Origin: the human T2T-CHM13v2.0 reference genome, Homo sapiens
Assembly (NCBI RefSeq): GCF_009914755.1
Contig: NC_060946.1
Strand: one strand, 5' to 3'
DNA: 64,000 nt
This document shows, piece by piece, positions 1 through 13,409 of the stretch; the stretch's first letter is position 1, and the number at the start of each line of letters is the position of its first letter. The translations under genes were made by a program, and so were the position numbers. Under the pieces are notes generated by a model, which ran no database searches, was not told the origin of the DNA, and saw nothing but the letters and a program-made list of their open reading frames with translations.

Positions 1-191
1 GCTGGGATTACAGGCATCTGCAACCATGCCTGGCTAATTTTTTGTAATTCTTTTTTTTTTTTTGTATTTTTAGTAGAGGTGGGGTTTCTCCATGTTGGCC
101 AGGCTGGTGTCAAACTCCTGACCTCAGGTGATCCACCTGCCTCACCCTCCCGAAGTGCTGGGATTACAGGCGTGAACCATCGCGCCCAGCC
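1..191 (-). mobile_element. Alu (AluS-type), left arm and part of right arm, cut by window edge
   Basis: Reverse-complement Alu motifs: gctgggattacagg, tttttagtagag, ctcctgacctcaggtgatccacc, ending cgcgcccagcc. Confidence 0.95.
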
Positions 192-804
192 CTCATTGAT
201 CTGTATTTGCAAACCTCAGAGCATTTGTTTCACTTGCCTGGCGTCAGCCTGCGTGTGCAAAGCGGTCCCCTGGGATACCCATCTGTCTTCTCTGCATCTC
301 TTCTTGAGCCTGAAATATGCCTCTTGCCTGCAAAGATTCAGTACACATTTGCTGGATAGAATCAGGTCATTTCCTTTCCCTCTTGTTAGATGATGAGGGC
401 CCTGACTGCAAGAAGTGTGTCTGCTGCTTCTCCTACTTCCCCCAATGTGTTTCTGGGATGAAGACAAGTGACAAATCAAAACTAATAACACATAGTTACC
501 ATTATCAGGCACCCAAAGGCTTCACATATGCTAGCCCCGGCTATTCAGCCAGCCAGTGGGTAGGTACTGTGGTTCCCATTTTATGGCTGTGGAGGGTGAG
601 TGGCCACCCATTTCTGCTGCTTTCCCCTGATCAAAGAGCCCATGAATGTGGGTTGATTCACTGAGGCAAATCCAGATATGCTTGGCCTCATGTCCTGTGT
701 TCTTTCCACGACTCGTCATTGGCACTCGCAAGGAAACCAGGCCCCAGCCACTGCCCAGGAGCTCTGCTGGGTGCCGAGTGGGGCTTTGCCAGCGAGATAC
801 ACAA

Positions 805-900
805 GACTTGTGTCTACTTGGTTCATAGCTGTGTCCCCATGGTCTGGTCCAGGCTTGGCACCGAGTAGGTCGTTAATAAATATTTTAAAATGAATAAATA
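805..900 (+). mobile_element. L2 LINE 3' end fragment
   Basis: ggcaccgagtaggtcgttaataaatattttaaaatgaataaat resembles the L2 3' terminus (cctggcacatagtaggcgctcaataaatatttgttgaatgaat). Confidence 0.6.
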
Positions 901-1746
901 GGCAGCAGAGAGCTCAAGCAGGGATGAGCAAGAATAGCGAGTTAGCATGAAGAATGAAATGAAAACCCCATGAGTCTGAAGTGCAGAGGTTTTAAAATGC
1001 ACAGCCCTCAATGGGAAGCACTGACTCGTCACAGAAGTACAACAAAAAAAAAAAATCTGGGCAATGCCGAGGCAGGAAAAACCATTTAGCATGAAATAGG
1101 AAGGGAGGAGGAACTAGCAGCAGGCATTGCACAGAAAGGAAGGAAGGGGTGAATTTATAGGAAACCCAACTGCATTATCCTGAAAGAAAGCATGGACAAT
1201 TTCAGAAACGCCCAAGGCACTTCCACTCTGGATATTTACGGAGGAGGCAGGGACGTCCCTCCCAGGCAGAGCATCGGGAACAAGCCTGGGGGACTGTGCG
1301 GAGAGAGAAGATACCTGGCTCCAGCCTTTGGCCTCTGTGAACCTTGATTTCATGAGGGCGCCCAGAGCCAGCAACTGCTGTAGCCACAAACCCTTACACT
1401 AATTCCACAATAAGACAGAGATAATTGCCACAAACACACCTGTATCTGTCATTCTCCGCCGTGCTCAGGGGTTCCTGAAGCTCTCTGTTGTCATTAAAGA
1501 CAGCTCAGCGTCCAGTTGCTCAGAAATATACACGGGCCCTTCTGAGCGGAGCAGAGTGGAGCTGCCGGGCTCCCGGTCCCTGGCCGGCTGGAGACAGCAC
1601 ATCCAGTCTCACTCCATATTTCTGCTTATTTTCTCTCTCTTCCTGTACTCCCTTTCCCAGGACAAGCTCCGCGGCCAGGAGTCTGTCTTGATTGATGGCA
1701 TTTTACCTGGACCTCTCTTCTGCGGTTTTCTCCCTGATACTAGAAA

Positions 1747-2412
1747 TGTGTGTGTGAGATTGTGTATACCTGTGTGGTTGTGTTATGTGGGTGTGTGCAA
1801 GTGTGGGTGTGTGCATGTGTGTGTGTCTGTGAGTGTATGTGTGAGAATGGGTGTGCGTGTGTGTGCATGTGAGAGTATGTAAATGTGAGTGTGAATGTAT
1901 GTGTGAGTGTATGTGAATGTGAGTGAAAATGTGTGATTATGTGTGTGTATGTGTGTGGGGTGTCTATGAGTGTGAGTGTGTGTGAATGTGAATGCATGCA
2001 AGTGTGGGTGTGTGTGTGTATGTGTGAGAGAGTGGGTGTGCATATGAGAGTATGTAAATGTGTGTGTGAGAATGTGTGAGTGTATGTGTATGTGAATGTG
2101 AGTGAAAATGTGATTGTGTGTATATGTGTGTGGAGGGGTGTCTGTGTGAGAGTGAGTGTGGATGTGTGTGAATGTGTGTGAATGTGAGAGTATGTGAGTG
2201 TATATGTGTGTGTATGTGTGAATGTGAGTGAAAAGGTGTGAGTGTATGTGTGTGAGTGTGTGAGAGTATATGAGTGTATGTGTGAATGTGTGTGACTGTC
2301 AGAGTATGTAGGGGTGTGTGTGTGAATGTGAAAGTATGTATTTGTGTGAATGTGAGAGTATGTGAGTGTGTGTGTGTGTGAACGTGAGTGTGTGTGCATA
2401 CATGCGCATGTG
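1747..2412. repeat. Degenerate (TG)n/(TGAG/TGAA/TATG) low-complexity repeat
   Basis: About 660 bp of TG-rich sequence; source of the His/Thr-rich spurious ORFs. Confidence 0.95.
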
Positions 2413-3179
2413 AACAGTCCATGGAGCTTAATCCCCTGGAGGAGGGATTCTACAGCATCACATGTAGAAGGCATTCTGCTCAGAGAATGGCCTCCATTTT
2501 TCCGGGAACGCACCTGTTCGTTCCTCTATCAGAGGCACCAGCTACGGCTGCGGCTGCCCCGTCCTTGGTGAATGTACAACGACGCTTCTTGGCATGAGAT
2601 GCAGACAGGCCCACACTTTGGGAAAGGGGCCAGAACCCGAGATGTATGTATGTATTTCCTCGCTAAGAAGAAACCGCAGGTCTAACCATGATGTCATAAG
2701 AATGATTGTTTAGAGGCCTGGAATGAGACCATCTAATTACCAGTCCAACCTGACTCACTGGTCCTTTCAAATCCAATAGTGTTTCTTAAAATAAATGCTG
2801 AAAATGACTTCATTCAGGGAAAGGCAGGTTGTGGCCATTTAATTATGGCTACAGATTAATGAATGAATAAAATATACTCTGGCTAAATTGTGGGAATATT
2901 TTCCAATTTTTCCCTAGAAAGTAGTATTCCACTGATCTAACCTGGGACGTGGGATTTTGTCCTAAACACGGCTTTGTGAGTGCAGAAGACAAAAGGAAAC
3001 CAAAGATCTCTCTCATTGACACCAGGCCAGGGAAGGGCAGGCACCCACCCTCACCTGTAAATTCAGGTCTGGGGGTCCGGGTGCCTGCTCCGATGCCATG
3101 GAGAGGCGTTCTGTAAACTACAGCTGTGCTGAGAGCCTCATCTACACCAAGCCTTGGATCAGATGCCTCCATATTCCAT

Positions 3180-3325
3180 TTCATTCATTTCTCGTGGCAT
3201 ATTTGGAATGGATAGTAATGTCCTAGCTTTACTGCTAAAGAAATTGAAGTGCAGAAGGACTCACCTAAGCTCACGTAGTTTGTGTCAGAGCCCAAATCTG
3301 AACTCAAGTCATCAGACTCCAAAAG
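3180..3325 (-). mobile_element. MIR fragment
   Basis: aagaaattgaagtgcagaagg...cctaagctcacgtagt...gtcagagcccaaatctgaactcaagtc...gactccaaa matches the reverse MIR core. Confidence 0.65.
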
Positions 3326-4029
3326 ATTCTTCCTAAAATAATGCAGCTCCTTCTCACAGATGCAAAACCTTTGCTAGAAAAAAAAAAGGAGAGAAGGTGA
3401 TGATGTTAAATCATTCATCAGACAAAGACACTCGTGAAGGCCCACTTTATGAGAATATCTGAATGGTGCAGGGAACACACAGATGAATAAGACTCAGCTC
3501 TGCCCTCACGTAAGCAGCGTCTAATGGTGAACTCAGATGGACACCAATGCATCCCCACGACATTAAAGGGATCATAAAAAATTAATAGAATTATGTGTCC
3601 TGCAAACAGCAAGGACAGGGACATTCATATCTAACAGTTGCAGGGAAGTTTTTCCAAAGGATAAGCTGCTCTTGCTGGCTGGGTTATGAAGGAGAATTGA
3701 AATTTGACAGATGGAGGTTTGGAAAGCCCTGAAGAGAGAGAGAGAGAAGGAGGTGGCGTGAGCAGTGTGGGCGGGCGGTGAGAGAGGAGGGCAGATTTGG
3801 GCCTGTGTAAGAGCCACACTCAGGCTCAAGCCCACCCCATCCCATGTGACCTCCAGGGAGTAAAAGTGGGATGCAGGTCACGTGTGCCAGGATGCTCAGT
3901 GACAGATCGAGAGATCTGCAAGCGGGCCGCTCCTTCCCCCGACAGGGAGTCCTGAGCACCTGCAGGGAACCAGCGCTGGGCCTGACGCGAGGCTCCTTTT
4001 CTAGTGAGTCACCTCAAGTGAGGACAGCA

Positions 4030-4800
4030 CAGGCAACGCTGGACACAGGAGGACACCCAGAGCGTCTGGGAAGGCACCTGAGCTGGGAGCTCAAGGCAGG
4101 AGAGGAAATAGGCAGCAAGGGAGAAGGGTGTCTTTCTGGGACAAAAGAGTCGCACCTGCAGAGGCACAGAGGTGTGAGAGAGAAAGGACCACGAGCGGCC
4201 AAGGGCAGGCGGTACACAGAGCTCCGGCAGGAGATGGAGGAGAGGGTGGCAAAGCCACAGTTCCTGCAGTGTGGCCCGGGCTGTGCAGTGGCAGGTGCCC
4301 CTGACACCACGGGAGCTGCTGAGAGGGCAGCTGCGTGGGCAGATGTTTATCCCAGAGAGGGCAGCCATACAAGGGTTGGAGGGAGGTGGGGAGATCCGCT
4401 TCAGGCTGTGATGTTGGCTTAGGCTGGAGGGGAAAGAGCCAGGAGCTGGGGCAGAACTCGGGTTGTCCAGGAGGCGACACTGAATTAGTGTCTGGGGTCA
4501 GATCCATAGAGGGCAGGAGTCAGTGCCTGCGTGGCTGGCTCGGTGAGGAAGAGAGGGGTGGGAGTGATGCATGAACTCTCTGAGGCTCCCACCGCAGCAG
4601 CTCCACTCCCAAGTATGGGGCTGGCAGGAGTCTCAGGACCAAGGGAGGATGGTGAGTTGGTTAGTTAAGTTTGAGCCGGTTGAGTTGAGATGTCTGCGTA
4701 GAGTCAGGTTCCACCATCACGAGGCATTTGGCAGATGGGCTGTGAGGTGAGGGGATCCAAGGCTTGGAAACAAAGTTTTGGGAGCAGTCACTGCCTGGCT
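4030..4800 (-). mobile_element. Degenerate L2 fragments
   Basis: Purine-rich, with L2-like blocks such as ttgagttgagatgtctg and ggcttggaaacaaagttttgggagcagtca. Confidence 0.45.
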
Positions 4801-5583
4801 GAGAAACTCACCCCAAAACAGCATGTCCCATCCACCCCAGTCCACCCAAAACAAGAAGGAAGATGTAGTTAAAGAGATAGAAAAGATCCATGTCATTATC
4901 AGATAAGCATCAAATGAAAATTGCATGAGCAGACATATGCTTAAGGATTTCTTGGAAAAATACAGCTGATGGGGTAGGATTCCCAGAGAAACTTAATCAG
5001 AGAAAAGCAGAGTCCCCAAAACATGTAAACAAAACAAAACAAAAAAGGCTGTTTTATTTCCCCTAAAGAAAGTTACAGAGAAACTACAAGGGGAGAGACA
5101 GCCAAGAAAGGATCAAGGGGGAAGGAGTGGGAAAGGGTTTGGTGGAGGGGGAGAGCACTGTGCAAATGTCAAGGTATAAAAGAACATGTGGACCTAGGGT
5201 TCCCTCCTCCCAGCCTGGTCCCATTGCTTCTGCAAAGCTGCAGAGATAGTTGCACCCAGGTAGAAGCCCCAGGAAGTTCTTTCCAAACAAAGTAAACTTC
5301 CCACCTGGAGAGAAACTCCAGGGTAAAGATAAGGTTGTGGGGGAGGGCGGGAAGAAGGCCAAGTCCAGGCCAGCTTCTGCCCAGCAAAAGCACCAGCAGG
5401 GAGCACTCCCAAAAGACAGGCAGCAGCTGACTTGGATGAGGCACAGGCTAAATCCACCAGGATGGATGCTTCTCTGAGTCTCAGGTACAGGAAGGTCTTA
5501 AGGTGGGCTCTGTGGCCAGAGGAGCAGGGTAGGGTCCTCATGAACAAGAACCCCCACCCTGGGAGGACTCACATCTTCTACAC

Positions 5584-5735
5584 CTGGCTACTCAGAGTGT
5601 GGGCTGTGGACCAGCAGCCTGACCTCCCCCAGGAGTGTGTTAGACCTGCATGACCTAAGCCCAGCACCCACGTTTCAACAATATCTCCTATCCTCTCCAA
5701 GCCCTGTGCACAGTGAGGATTGGGAAGCACAGCTG
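5584..5735. mobile_element. MER5-family hAT MITE
   Basis: ctactcagagtgtgggctgtggaccagcagc...tttcaacaat...gcacagtgaggattgggaagcac resembles the MER5A layout. Confidence 0.55.
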
Positions 5736-5820
5736 ATGCAGAGAAGGACCATGGCCCCGGGCGGAGTCAGCTGGAGCAGCTCACACTCCCTTAGGGGAAG
5801 CAGCTTTGTAGGTCTGGGGG

Positions 5821-6644
5821 CAAAGGATATGAACAAACATTTCCCAAAAGAAGACATTTATGCGGCCAATAAACATATGAAAAAAAGCTCATCATCACAG
5901 GTCATTAGAGAAATGCAAATCAAAACCACAATGAGATACCATCTCATGCCAGTTTTAATGGCAATAATTAAAAAATCAGGAAACAACAGATGCTGGAGAA
6001 GATGTGAAGAAATAGGAACGCTTTTACACACTGTTGGTGGGAGTGTAAATTAGTTCAACCATTGTGGAAGACAGTGTGGCGATTCCTCAAGGATCTAGAA
6101 CTAGAAATACCATTTGACTCAGAAATTCCATTACTCGGTATATGCCCAAAGGATTATAAATCATTCTATTATAAAGGCACATGCACATGTATGTTTATTG
6201 CAGCACTATTCACAATAGCAAAGACTTGGAACCAACCCAAATGCCCATCAATGATAGACTGGATAAAGAAAATGTGGCATATATATACCATGGAATACTA
6301 TGCAGCCATGAAAAAGGATTTCATTTGCTTTGCAGGGACATGGATGAAGCTGGAAACCATCATTCTCAGCAAACTAACACAGGAACAGAAAACCAAACAC
6401 CGCGTGTTCTCACTCATAAGTGGGAGTTGAACAATGAGAATGCATGGACACAGGGAGGGGAACATCACACACCGGGGCCTGTTGGGGAGTTGGGGGCTAG
6501 GGGAGGGATAGCATTAGGAAAAATACCTAATGTAGATGACAGGTTGGTGGGTGCAGCAAACCACCATGGCGCGTATATACCTATGTAACAAACCTGCATG
6601 TTCTGCACATGTACCCCAGAACTTAAAGTATAATAATAATAAAA
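5821..6644 (+). mobile_element. 5'-truncated L1PA (end of ORF2 plus 3' UTR), frameshifted
   Basis: ORFs 5637-6053 and 6062-6430 translate the L1 ORF2 C-terminus ([13 protein letters not shown]..., CRC-like RCWRRCEE, ...KTWNQPKCPSMIDWIKKMWHIYTMEYYAA...SLISGS); 3' UTR ends acttaaagtataataataataaaa. Confidence 0.97.
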
Positions 6645-7180
6645 CAATAATTTTTATTATTTGCTTAAATGGTATGTAATTTTATATTGAGATACACAAA
6701 AAGACATAAATACAAAATATGGAATATTTAAGTCACACAATAAATTTGACATTATTAAAAAAAAAAGGAGAAGAAGGTCTGGGGGTCATGTGGCCAGAGC
6801 TAAAACCCCAATTCTCCTCTCTCAGGTCATGTGAATTCAGGAAAGCCTCATGACCCTTCAAAAGGCTGGAGAAGTTGAGGTGGTGAAGCTGCTTTCCTCA
6901 GGGGTTGACTGGAGAATTGAGTGAGGCAGCCCCTGCAAAGGCAGCATCCTGGTGGCCAGGGCAGCTATGGCCACATGTGCCTTATCAATGGTCACCAGCT
7001 ATAGACAGCACCCACCTGCCCCCTCACTGCACACCCATGCCTTCCTGGAAACACAAATCCACTGGCTCCAGGCACCGCCTTTGGAATAATCCCTCACACG
7101 TGAACGGCACTGCCAGATCTCTCTGTGTTCATTCTCACACTCCCTGCAGACCCCCTCGACACCCCCATGGTTTCTCAGGA

Positions 7181-7501
7181 AGGAGATGAGATTGTTTGTA
7201 AGAATATGCACGCACACATTTTCAATCAGCCGGGATTCTTAGCACGTGGGTTTGCATGCCTTTTCCAAAACTCTGCCTCTGAACTTGGAGGAGAACCTGC
7301 TCAGTTCACAATGGCCTGTGCAGGGGCTGGGGTGACCCTGTGTTTAGCTAGAACATCAAGACGTGAGAGTCTTTTGAAGTAGCCACCCCTGGGGGTCAAT
7401 CACACCGACTGCAACACTAGGCAGACTCCTTAGAAATAGGAAAACGGGGAAAGCTCCAGTATCATGACAGGAGGCTCACCTAAGCTTGATACCCAAACTG
7501 G
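7181..7501 (+). repeat. Local duplication, copy 1 (partner 8965-9794)
   Basis: cacattttcaatcagccgggattcttagc...tacccaaactgg present twice at high identity. Confidence 0.93.
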
Positions 7502-8942
7502 TTTCTCGGGAGCATCTTGAAAGCAGTGGCTTAGTCTGGATCCTCATAGTGTTCTGATGCCTAAGGAATAGTTTATATGTGGAAAATGCTCAGTATATGC
7601 TTGCTAAATGAAATTATGAAAGAGAAGAGAAAGCTACCTAGTATTTATAAAGCCATGTACATGCATATACAGCTATTTCCTGGGTGGAGGAGCCTCTTCC
7701 CCTGGCTCTATAGGAGTTATTAGTTCAGATTCTTGGAATGTGGAATTTTCATCCTTTGCCTGAAAGCATAGATATATTTCTCCCAACAACAGCCCCAGTC
7801 ACGATCCAGTGGACCAACCTGAAGTGACCCACCCAGCCCACATTGGCAAGTCTGTGAGGGCTGTGGACAAGGAGACACGTTGTCTTCCTACATTCTGTAG
7901 ACAAAGGCAGTAGTAGGCAAGATTGCCTGGCACTTCTGCTTCAGTAATTGTCATCGTTCAGATTTTCCCCACTGTTTAACACACACGTGAAGATACAGTG
8001 AGAAGAAACCCTTTCATTTAAAAATGATATAGCATGTACACACACCATATTACTGTATTCTGTGTGTTGAAATACAGCAAATCTTTGTTGGGAACTTTCT
8101 ATTTTTCCAAAACAATGGAATAGCCAGTTTACACTCATTCTGCATGAAGTTTTATCAACTACAAAGGAGGAAAGAATAAAACATCTATGTGTCTCTAACA
8201 TCCCAGAAAGCCAGAGCTGGGAGGGACATTAATGATTATAGAGTCCAAAAAATGTTTAATGTGCTCAGGAGACTGCTATAAAACGGTGATAAATTAAGCT
8301 TGAGACAATGAAAATTATTAGCTTGTAAGAAAGCAGACACTTTGTCATCCTACATTCTGTAGACAGAGGCAGCATTAGGCACCGGTGTGTCCGGGCAAGT
8401 GTGGGAGGAAGCGAGTGGATGGTGAGAATTCTTTTTCTCCCATTGGAAGGAAATGTCATTGCCAGGTTGTGAAAGGCAGAAGCTCCCCCAGGCTGGCATA
8501 GCAACAGCATCCCTCAGAAGCTAGACTGAGCATTGTTGACCTGGCTCAAAGCCCTCACTACAGATTAGGAAGCAGCTGGAGAGATGGAGAGCCCCTGTGC
8601 AAATGCCCAAAGATGGGTTCAGGAAGCAGAATTCCCTTTTCCTTCCTGCAATCTTGCCGCTGGTCAATGTCACTTCAGTTCTTTCTTCCTGAGCCCCTGC
8701 TGTGTTTCAGGTCTTCTCCGGGGACTCACAGGGTATGTGGAAAGAAGAGGAACTGCTGCGTTCCAGGTGGGCACACTTTCCATTTTGCTGGCTGATGTGT
8801 TTGGCTCCCCGAAAATGACTGCACTAATTTTATCCCACTGGTAGTATTGGAGAGTGCATTTTCACACACCTTTTCCAATAATGGAGACAGTGTGAATTTC
8901 TCATTTTGATGGGTGAAAATGTGTATACATTTGAGGTCTTAA

Positions 8943-9499
<557 letters not shown>

Positions 9500-9794
9500 C
9501 ACGCGTGCACATTTTCAATCAGCCGGGATTCTTAGCGTGTGGGTTTGCATGCCTTTTCCAAAACTCTGCCTCTGAACTTAGAGGAGCACCTGCTTAGCTC
9601 ACAATGGCCTGTGCAGGGGCTGGGGTGACCCTGGGCTTAGTTAGAACATCAACACATGAGGGTCTTTTGAAGTAGCCACCACTGAGAGTTAATCACACTG
9701 ACTGCAACACTATACAGACTCCTTAGAAATCGGAAAGCAGGGAGAGCTCCAGGATCATGACAGGAGGCTGGTGTAAGCTTTATACCCAAACTGG
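9500..9794 (+). repeat. Local duplication, copy 2 (main part)
   Basis: Aligns with about 7208-7501. Confidence 0.93.
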
Positions 9795-9859
9795 AAAAGG
9801 CCAAAATTGAACAAATAAATGAAGAGAAAGAAAAATAAATTGCTTTGGGAAGTCTGGCC

Positions 9860-10330
9860 ACAGATTCAGTGCTTTTTCTATCAAACTACCAATAACATTA
9901 TTCACAGAATTAGAAAAACTATTTAAAAATTCATATGGAACCAAAAAAGCACCCAAGTAGCCAAGGCAATCCTAAGCAAAAAGAACAAAGCTGGAGGCAT
10001 CACATTACCCAACTTCAAAGTCTACCACAAGTCTACAGTAACCAAAACAGCATAGTACAAAAACAGACACATAGTCCAACGGAACAGAGTACAGAGCCCC
10101 CAGATAAAGCCACACACCTACAACCATCTGATCTTTGACAAAGTTGACAAAAACAAGCAATGGAGAAAGAGCTCCCTATTAACAAATGGGGTGGGATAAC
10201 TGGCTGGCCATATGCAGAAGACTGAAACTGGATCCCTTCCCTAAACTACGTACAAATATCAACTCAAGATAGATTAAAGACTTAAATGTAAAACACAAAA
10301 CTATAAAAACCCTGAAGGATAGCCTAGGGC
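9860..10330 (+). mobile_element. L1 ORF2 internal fragment (L1PB/L1MA age)
   Basis: aaattcatatggaaccaaaaaag...gcaaaaagaacaaagctggaggcatcaca...gattaaagacttaaatgtaa is typical L1 ORF2. Confidence 0.92.
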
Positions 10331-11514
10331 ATGGGACCCTGAGATCTGCCACGGGGACATTCATGGATGGGCCCAAGAGCCTGAAACTCCTGAACTCTTA
10401 GGGTTAGCAATGGAAGCCCTTTCCCTTTGGCTGGAGAATGTGCAATGACCTCACCTGAAGCAAATGTCTCAGGTGGTTCTGTGCCTCTTCTGGTGCATCC
10501 CACCGGCCCCTCAATGCCTCTAGGTCAATGACCAGGTCACAATCTCAGGCCAGACAAGGAAAAGAAGTCCAGACCCTGCCCTGGCAGGAGCTAGCTGGCA
10601 TGGCAAAGGCATGCAGGGCCTAGTAGATACATACTGTTAGAACCCAGCATGGAGCGTGATAGTGAGTGATGAGTGTGGGGCCCAGGGGAGGCCGAAGGCA
10701 AGGTCGGGGAAGAAGAACGTGTTGATGTGGGGGTGCTCACCTATGACTTGGAATCTTTGCAAGGACAGGGGCCTCTGCAGCTGGTTGTGCCAGTCCGTTG
10801 AAGCCGTTTTTTTGAAGCCTAGAAGAGGGACAGGCAACAGGAATGAGTGGAGATGGCAGAACTCCCTTGTTAATAGAGAGGTCTGGGCCAGAAGGCTAAG
10901 GCAAGTGTGGATGGGAGGTGGATTTATTCTGAGACGCGTGGGGCACCAGCCTCTCTAAGGAGCACAGTGATGTCTGTCCTCGAAGGCCACGGCTGGCAGC
11001 CAGAGGCTCTGCCATGGTGTGGAAAGGGACAATGGGACCCAGAGCAGCACAAGCTGGGGAACAATGACCCTTGGACGCAAGGTGGATACAGCCACCATCA
11101 TGGGTGCCAAGGCCAGCATGGCCATTCATGTATGACCACAGGGACCTCTGGAGCTGGCCAATGGGTCACTGTGCTCCTGGGGGTGAGGGAATGACAGCCA
11201 GTGAGGACACTGCCTGTCGTACCTCTATCATAATTTTCAAAAACGTAAGAGTTACAAACAACTTGGAAGTAGACTGATGTCAGTTGCCACAGTGAATAAC
11301 GATGATCCTACCCTAATATCCAGACCTCAGTCAGTTTACAGTCCCCGGAGCTCACTGCTGAGTTTTCCAAGGATATGGATGAGGAAGATGTGAAGTTAGA
11401 AAGAACAGAAAAACAACAGCCCAGAGTTTCAAAATAGTCTGGGGTTGATGAAGAACTGCAAGCTGATGAGCGCTGCTGATAACGGATGGTGGCTCCAATG
11501 CATGCAACAGTTGG

Positions 11515-11645
11515 AGTGAGTGCTTAACACAGTTAGTGTCCAATCATTAAAGTTACCATAAAAGGTGGGTACTATTATTACCCCCCTTTTTCGGTGAGAA
11601 AGATGGAGACATTGAGAGGTTAAGGTGGGTTGCCCAAGGTCAAAG
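11515..11645 (-). mobile_element. MIR fragment
   Basis: ggtactattattacccc...gagaggttaaggtgggttgcccaaggtca. Confidence 0.75.
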
Positions 11646-12418
11646 CATCCATCTTTACCTCAGTTGCTCCTGCCCACCATGCTGTGAAATGGGAGGTGCA
11701 CATAGTCAGGGTCTGGAAAAGGTTGGCTGGATGGATGGTGAGGAAGAGGTCTCACTTCGCAGGGAAAAGAGAAAGCCTCGGCCATCATGGCAGACAGTAC
11801 AAGCTGTCACCAGAGTAGACTGAGTTTGGTGAGGCTTGGAGATGCAGCTCAGATGGGGCAAACATCGCTGGAGGAGACAAGAGCTGTCCACAGTGACCGG
11901 GAGGGAGAACCCATGTCTGGGCCCCGCGCCTGCTCCGCAGCTTCCAGGGACATGGCTAGGCTCTGCTGGAGTCTCCTTGACATTTGGAAATTTCTGGGCC
12001 CATTGTGCTGTCTTCTGGAATTTTTGGTGCCATCCAATAATTTAGAGAGCTACGAGGTCATCAAGCCTTACAGAATTTCTGAAGAAAAAGAGGGCGTTTG
12101 CAAAATGAGGGCATTGCCCCTCTTGCCGAAGAGAAGAGCAAGGAACAAATAGGTTAATTAATTTTTCCTGAGGTCCCACCAAGAGTCAACTGCATAACTG
12201 GATAAGAACATTTCACTCTAATGATTTTATGAAGGAGGTACTCTGTGTCCACCTTCACATTTTCCAAGTCACCAGGGCACTCCCGCTGCACCTCGGTCCA
12301 GGCCTGCATCCACGCCTCGCACCAACTATTCCACTTGAAGCTGTCAGTGCTGTCTTAAGATTGATGAAATCCCCTCAAACATGCGATTTCATTTGATCCA
12401 CAGAGGGCTGGAGCAGAC

Positions 12419-12471
12419 GGAGGGCAGGAGCACACGGAGGGCAGGAGCACACGGAGGGAGAGGAGCACACA
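12419..12471. repeat. 17-bp tandem repeat, about 3 copies (ggagggcaggagcacac)
   Basis: Directly visible. Confidence 0.85.
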
Positions 12472-13409
12472 GTTGAGGGAATATAGAGGGAAGCTGGGGG
12501 AGGCGGAGGAGAGGTGGGGCAGGACCAGGCACTGGTTCTCTCTACTGCATAGGAGTCTGATCTCCGCTGCCCGGTGGCTCCTGGCTGTGGGCTCTCAGGT
12601 GCTCAGGTGCTTACGTGGGTGCTGCTGTGCTCACCCCAGCAAGTCACTCGGGAACCTGGCCAACTGCCTGCGGGGCCTGCTGCCCAGCTTCAGATGCCTG
12701 GGAGGCAGCCACTGAGCCATGAGAAGATGCTTCCTGGACCAGACAAGAAACAGCGGGAGGTGGTGGTGGGGGGAAGTGGAGTTCTGAGATATATGGAGGA
12801 TAGATTATACCCAGTATGCTCACTGCTCCTTGGCACATGGATCTACTGGGGCTCTCAGAGGCAAGCACAGGTTTCACCCCCAGTGCTGCCAGAAACTGCA
12901 CCTGCCTCCTCCTCTCAGCCTGGCCAACTCCAATTCAGCCAGGAGGTCTCCTGTTTCTCACCACTGCCTGCTGAAGTCTTCCTGTCTGTCGAGGCCCCAG
13001 AGGGCTGGTGGAAGCCATTCTCCGCGCCGAGACCATGGTGTACTCACTTCTGCACAGTGGCTCTCTGTGCTATAATGTACCCATCTGTCTCTGCTGTTTT
13101 GGGTGCAGCGCAGCCTCTATCCTGCTCGCAAAGTACTCTGATGCCATCCACGTTTCTGGGGAGGTGCGTCCCTCAGTGAGTGTCCCCTGAGTGTGGGGAT
13201 GTTTGAATGAGTGAGTGAATGACTGCATTGCCAGCCTGCAGCTCGGGGGTGACGTACACTGGGTGCATAATAAGCGTCCCTTCCATGAGTGTTTGAGGGA
13301 CTCAGCTGTGACTCCAGCCCTTGGCTATGCTTCTTTAGCAAAGGGAGCCCTTCTGTGTCTGCCTCGGCAGTGGCTATGACCGTGTGACCAAGGGCCCCTC
13401 TAGCCCCCA

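Noticed and set aside
1740-2513. His/Thr-rich ORFs (also near 9.0, 24.4 and 27.1 kb)
   Set aside because: Artefacts of (CA/TG)n repeats.
5637-6430. ORFs with L1 ORF2 similarity
   Set aside because: Frameshifted fragments of a 5'-truncated L1; not a functional CDS.
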